Below, one piece after another: positions 61,631 to 64,000 of a DNA stretch of 64,000 nt (positions are counted from its first letter, which is position 1; each line of letters opens with the position of its first letter). Source of the DNA: an uncultured bacterium (GTDB taxonomy: Bacteria > SAR324 > NAC60-12); the NCBI GenBank assembly GCA_965662235.1, contig CBFIGY010000010.1:18403-82402 (forward strand). Reading direction: 5' to 3'. The position numbers and the translations under genes were made by a program. The notes under the pieces are model-generated. The model searched no databases. It was not told where the DNA came from and saw only the letters and a list, made by a program, of their open reading frames with translations.

Positions 61631-63157
61631 TTACTCGGCAAGGGTCAGGGAGGCCTTCAGCTGGGCGCGTCTCCGCAGCCACAGACTGGGGCGGTACCGA
61701 GGGTCCTGAGTGCAGGCATGCAACGCCTCCAGCAGGTTCAGCAGGTTCGCAGGGCCCAGCTGATCTCCCCAGCCAAGCGGCCCTAGAGGATACCCGAGAC
61801 CCCGTTGGACGGCAAGGTCGATGTCCTCTGGTGTGGCAATGCGTTGCTGAGCGAGTTCGCAGGCGGTGTTGATGACAGCAGCCAGAATACGGGGGCCAAC
61901 AAAGCCGGGGCTGTCTCGAATGAAGACCACTTCGCGTTCGGGAGTGGTGAATGCTGCTTCCGCCCGGGCGCGAAAAGTGGGATCAAGGAGGGGGTTCCCC
62001 ATCAGGGTGCAGCACGTGTCCAGAGGCAGAAGGGTTTCCACAGCAACGGTTTGAGCTGGGTTCAGGCCTTCGTCCAGCAATGCGGTCGTGGCATCCCAGC
62101 CCAGAGGGGTGATCAGGCACAGCGCCTCCGGAGTCGGATCTGAGAGACAGGTCACGCCGGCGGCTTCCAGAGCCTCCTGCACGCGGCTCGCCCGTTCCGG
62201 ATTCCGGGGACTCACCCACACGGGTCCCACTTCCGGGAGCGTTGCCGGGCGTGGAAAGGTTCGGGTGTCCGGAAGCTGCTGCTGGCCGTTTTCATAGGTG
62301 TAGAAGCCGGCGTGTGTTTTCCGTCCGAGGAGTCCGGCAGCGTGCCGGCGGGCCAGTTGCGGGGTGGGACGGAAGCGGGGCTCATGAAAGAACTGCTCGT
62401 AGATCTGCACCATCACCGGATGGGAAACATCGAGGCCGGTCAGGTCCAGCAGCTCACAGGGGCCCATCCGGAATCCGGCTCGCTTCCGCATGATGCGGTC
62501 GATCTCGTGCGGCAACGCGACGCCTTCCTGCAGAATCCGGAGGCCTTCGGTGGTGAGCCCACGGCCGGCATGGTTGATGAGGAATCCCGGAGAGTCCTCC
62601 ACCTGCACCGGCGTATGCCCAAAGCTCCGGGCGAATGCCTTGAGCGGCTCAAGCACTTCCGGAGCGGTCCGCTGTCCGCCAATGACTTCGACCACCTTCA
62701 TCAGGGGCACCGGATTGAAAAAATGATACCCGGCCACCCGTTCCGGACGGCGGCATCCGGCAGCAATCTGGGTGACTGACAGGGAGCTGGTGTTTGTGGC
62801 AAGGACACAGGTGTCGGAGACAAGGGCTTCCAGCTGCGCAAAGAGCTGCTGCTTGACCGCTAGGTCCTCGACAATGGCCTCGACGATGAGGTCACAGTCC
62901 TTCAACGCCTCTAGGTCCGGAGCGGGCTGCAGGCCTTCTAGGGTACGGGCGGCGGCTTCGACCGTGAGGCGTCCCTTTTCGACGGCGCGTTTGAGCATCT
63001 GCTCAATGAAGTCCCGGGCTTCTGCAACCTGTGGCGCGTGAGTGTCAAAGAGCAGGACCGTGGCACCGGCTTGGGCCATCACCTGGGCAATGCCACGTCC
63101 CATGGCTCCGGCACCAATGAGGCCGACTCGGGAAAAAGGAAGAGGGGGAACCGTCAT
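61631..63157 (-). CDS. paaH: 3-hydroxyacyl-CoA dehydrogenase (duplicated PaaH type)
   Basis: GAGAMGRG, NTSSLS, HFFNP, repeated C-terminal domain. Confidence 0.82.
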   Translation of the reverse strand: MTVPPLPFSRVGLIGAGAMGRGIAQVMAQAGATVLLFDTHAPQVAEARDFIEQMLKRAVEKGRLTVEAAARTLEGLQPAPDLEALKDCDLIVEAIVEDLAVKQQLFAQLEALVSDTCVLATNTSSLSVTQIAAGCRRPERVAGYHFFNPVPLMKVVEVIGGQRTAPEVLEPLKAFARSFGHTPVQVEDSPGFLINHAGRGLTTEGLRILQEGVALPHEIDRIMRKRAGFRMGPCELLDLTGLDVSHPVMVQIYEQFFHEPRFRPTPQLARRHAAGLLGRKTHAGFYTYENGQQQLPDTRTFPRPATLPEVGPVWVSPRNPERASRVQEALEAAGVTCLSDPTPEALCLITPLGWDATTALLDEGLNPAQTVAVETLLPLDTCCTLMGNPLLDPTFRARAEAAFTTPEREVVFIRDSPGFVGPRILAAVINTACELAQQRIATPEDIDLAVQRGLGYPLGPLGWGDQLGPANLLNLLEALHACTQDPRYRPSLWLRRRAQLKASLTLAE

Positions 63158-63175
63158 GGGAGCTTCCAGCACGGG

Positions 63176-64000
63176 TTAACGCCAGTAACGCAGCTTGCGC
63201 AGCACCTTGGCATCCGCGATATAGGGGTTGGGGAAATCGGCTGGTGCCGGAAAGGGAGCGCTGATGGGAAGCGTCTGCACCTTGCGGTTCCAGACTTCAA
63301 TCATCAGGGTTTCCAGGTTGAGGACATCGGCCATGTTGTAGGCAAGCAGGGTATCCAGAATCTTTGGATCCTGGGTTCGCTTGTACTTCTGCCAGAGGAG
63401 CACTGCGGTGTAGCCATCTACCTCTTCCAAGGCGTCTCCCCGCTGCACTCCCAGCTGGCGTTCAATCGACTTGAGCCCCCCCTTGTAGCCCAGCTGCTTG
63501 AGCGGGTACCGCAGGTCGATGTGGGCGTGGTCGAGGGGAATGCCAAAGAAGTTCCGGAGGACGGGCAGGTCAAAGGTCTTGCCGTTGAAGGTCACCAGCA
63601 GGTCAAACGCTTCAATGTCCCGGGCAAATTCGTGAAGGTTCTCTCCGTTGATGTAGGCCTTGGCCTGCTTCCCGTTGAAGACACAGACGGTGGTCACCTC
63701 TGCATTAGAGCCGAGCCCGGTGGTTTCAATGTCGAGGTACGCCACATTTTCGTGGAGGGAACCGAAGAGGCGCCACGATTCAGCGCTGGGAAGGTGCTCC
63801 CAGAAGAAACGGGTGTTGTGCGTCGTCCAGGCGTCGTGGCTCTGCTGCGACCAGGTCCGGACGGTTTCGCTGAGGGTGGTGCCAAAGGGAAGCGCCTCGG
63901 CGCTGAGAACGGCTTCGTGGCTGAGCAGTCCGGACTTCCAGAGGGCGACCTCGCGTTGTGGGCTGATGCCCGGAATGTGAATGAAGGTGTGTTCCAGCAT
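63176..64000 (-). CDS. RNase H-like (YprB/RNase_H_2) 3'-5' exonuclease domain protein
   Basis: N-terminal HhH-like HIPGI; LDIETTG, TFNGKTFD, GGLKSIE, YNMADV; ATG at the window edge. Confidence 0.85.
   Translation of the reverse strand: MLEHTFIHIPGISPQREVALWKSGLLSHEAVLSAEALPFGTTLSETVRTWSQQSHDAWTTHNTRFFWEHLPSAESWRLFGSLHENVAYLDIETTGLGSNAEVTTVCVFNGKQAKAYINGENLHEFARDIEAFDLLVTFNGKTFDLPVLRNFFGIPLDHAHIDLRYPLKQLGYKGGLKSIERQLGVQRGDALEEVDGYTAVLLWQKYKRTQDPKILDTLLAYNMADVLNLETLMIEVWNRKVQTLPISAPFPAPADFPNPYIADAKVLRKLRYWR

Overview
A 64-kb, GC-rich (roughly 60% by eye) bacterial chromosome segment. Gene content and protein style suggest a deltaproteobacterial-grade organism, possibly SAR324 (inference). Most of it is housekeeping: fliG, a trpC-like gene, ispB, gspE, selB, rraA, rpsU, coaD, mutS, prmC, amtB, icd-mdh-sucC, tRNA-Thr(CGT), ccp, crcB and a paaH-like gene. 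Accessory blocks are a secreted-protein operon (17.2-20.3 kb), a sialic-acid-type catabolic cluster (AraC regulator, nanA, Opp/Dpp-type ABC transporter, AGE epimerase) and a patchy region after the tRNA containing an ISAs1 remnant. The main observations are: (1) a SelW/Rdx-family selenoprotein gene missed by the ORF track (12786-13004, minus strand; CxxU with in-frame TGA and a SECIS-like hairpin), about 3 kb from selB; (2) a circularly permuted family-5 binding protein in the nan cluster; (3) a 7TM-DISM hybrid kinase ending in a ChiS-like DNA-binding domain; (4) an unlisted 49-aa ORF after selB; (5) a 39-bp direct repeat bracketing an AT-rich DUF3015/ISAs1 segment. No CRISPR array, rRNA or integrase was seen. 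All family calls come from reading motifs, not from database searches.
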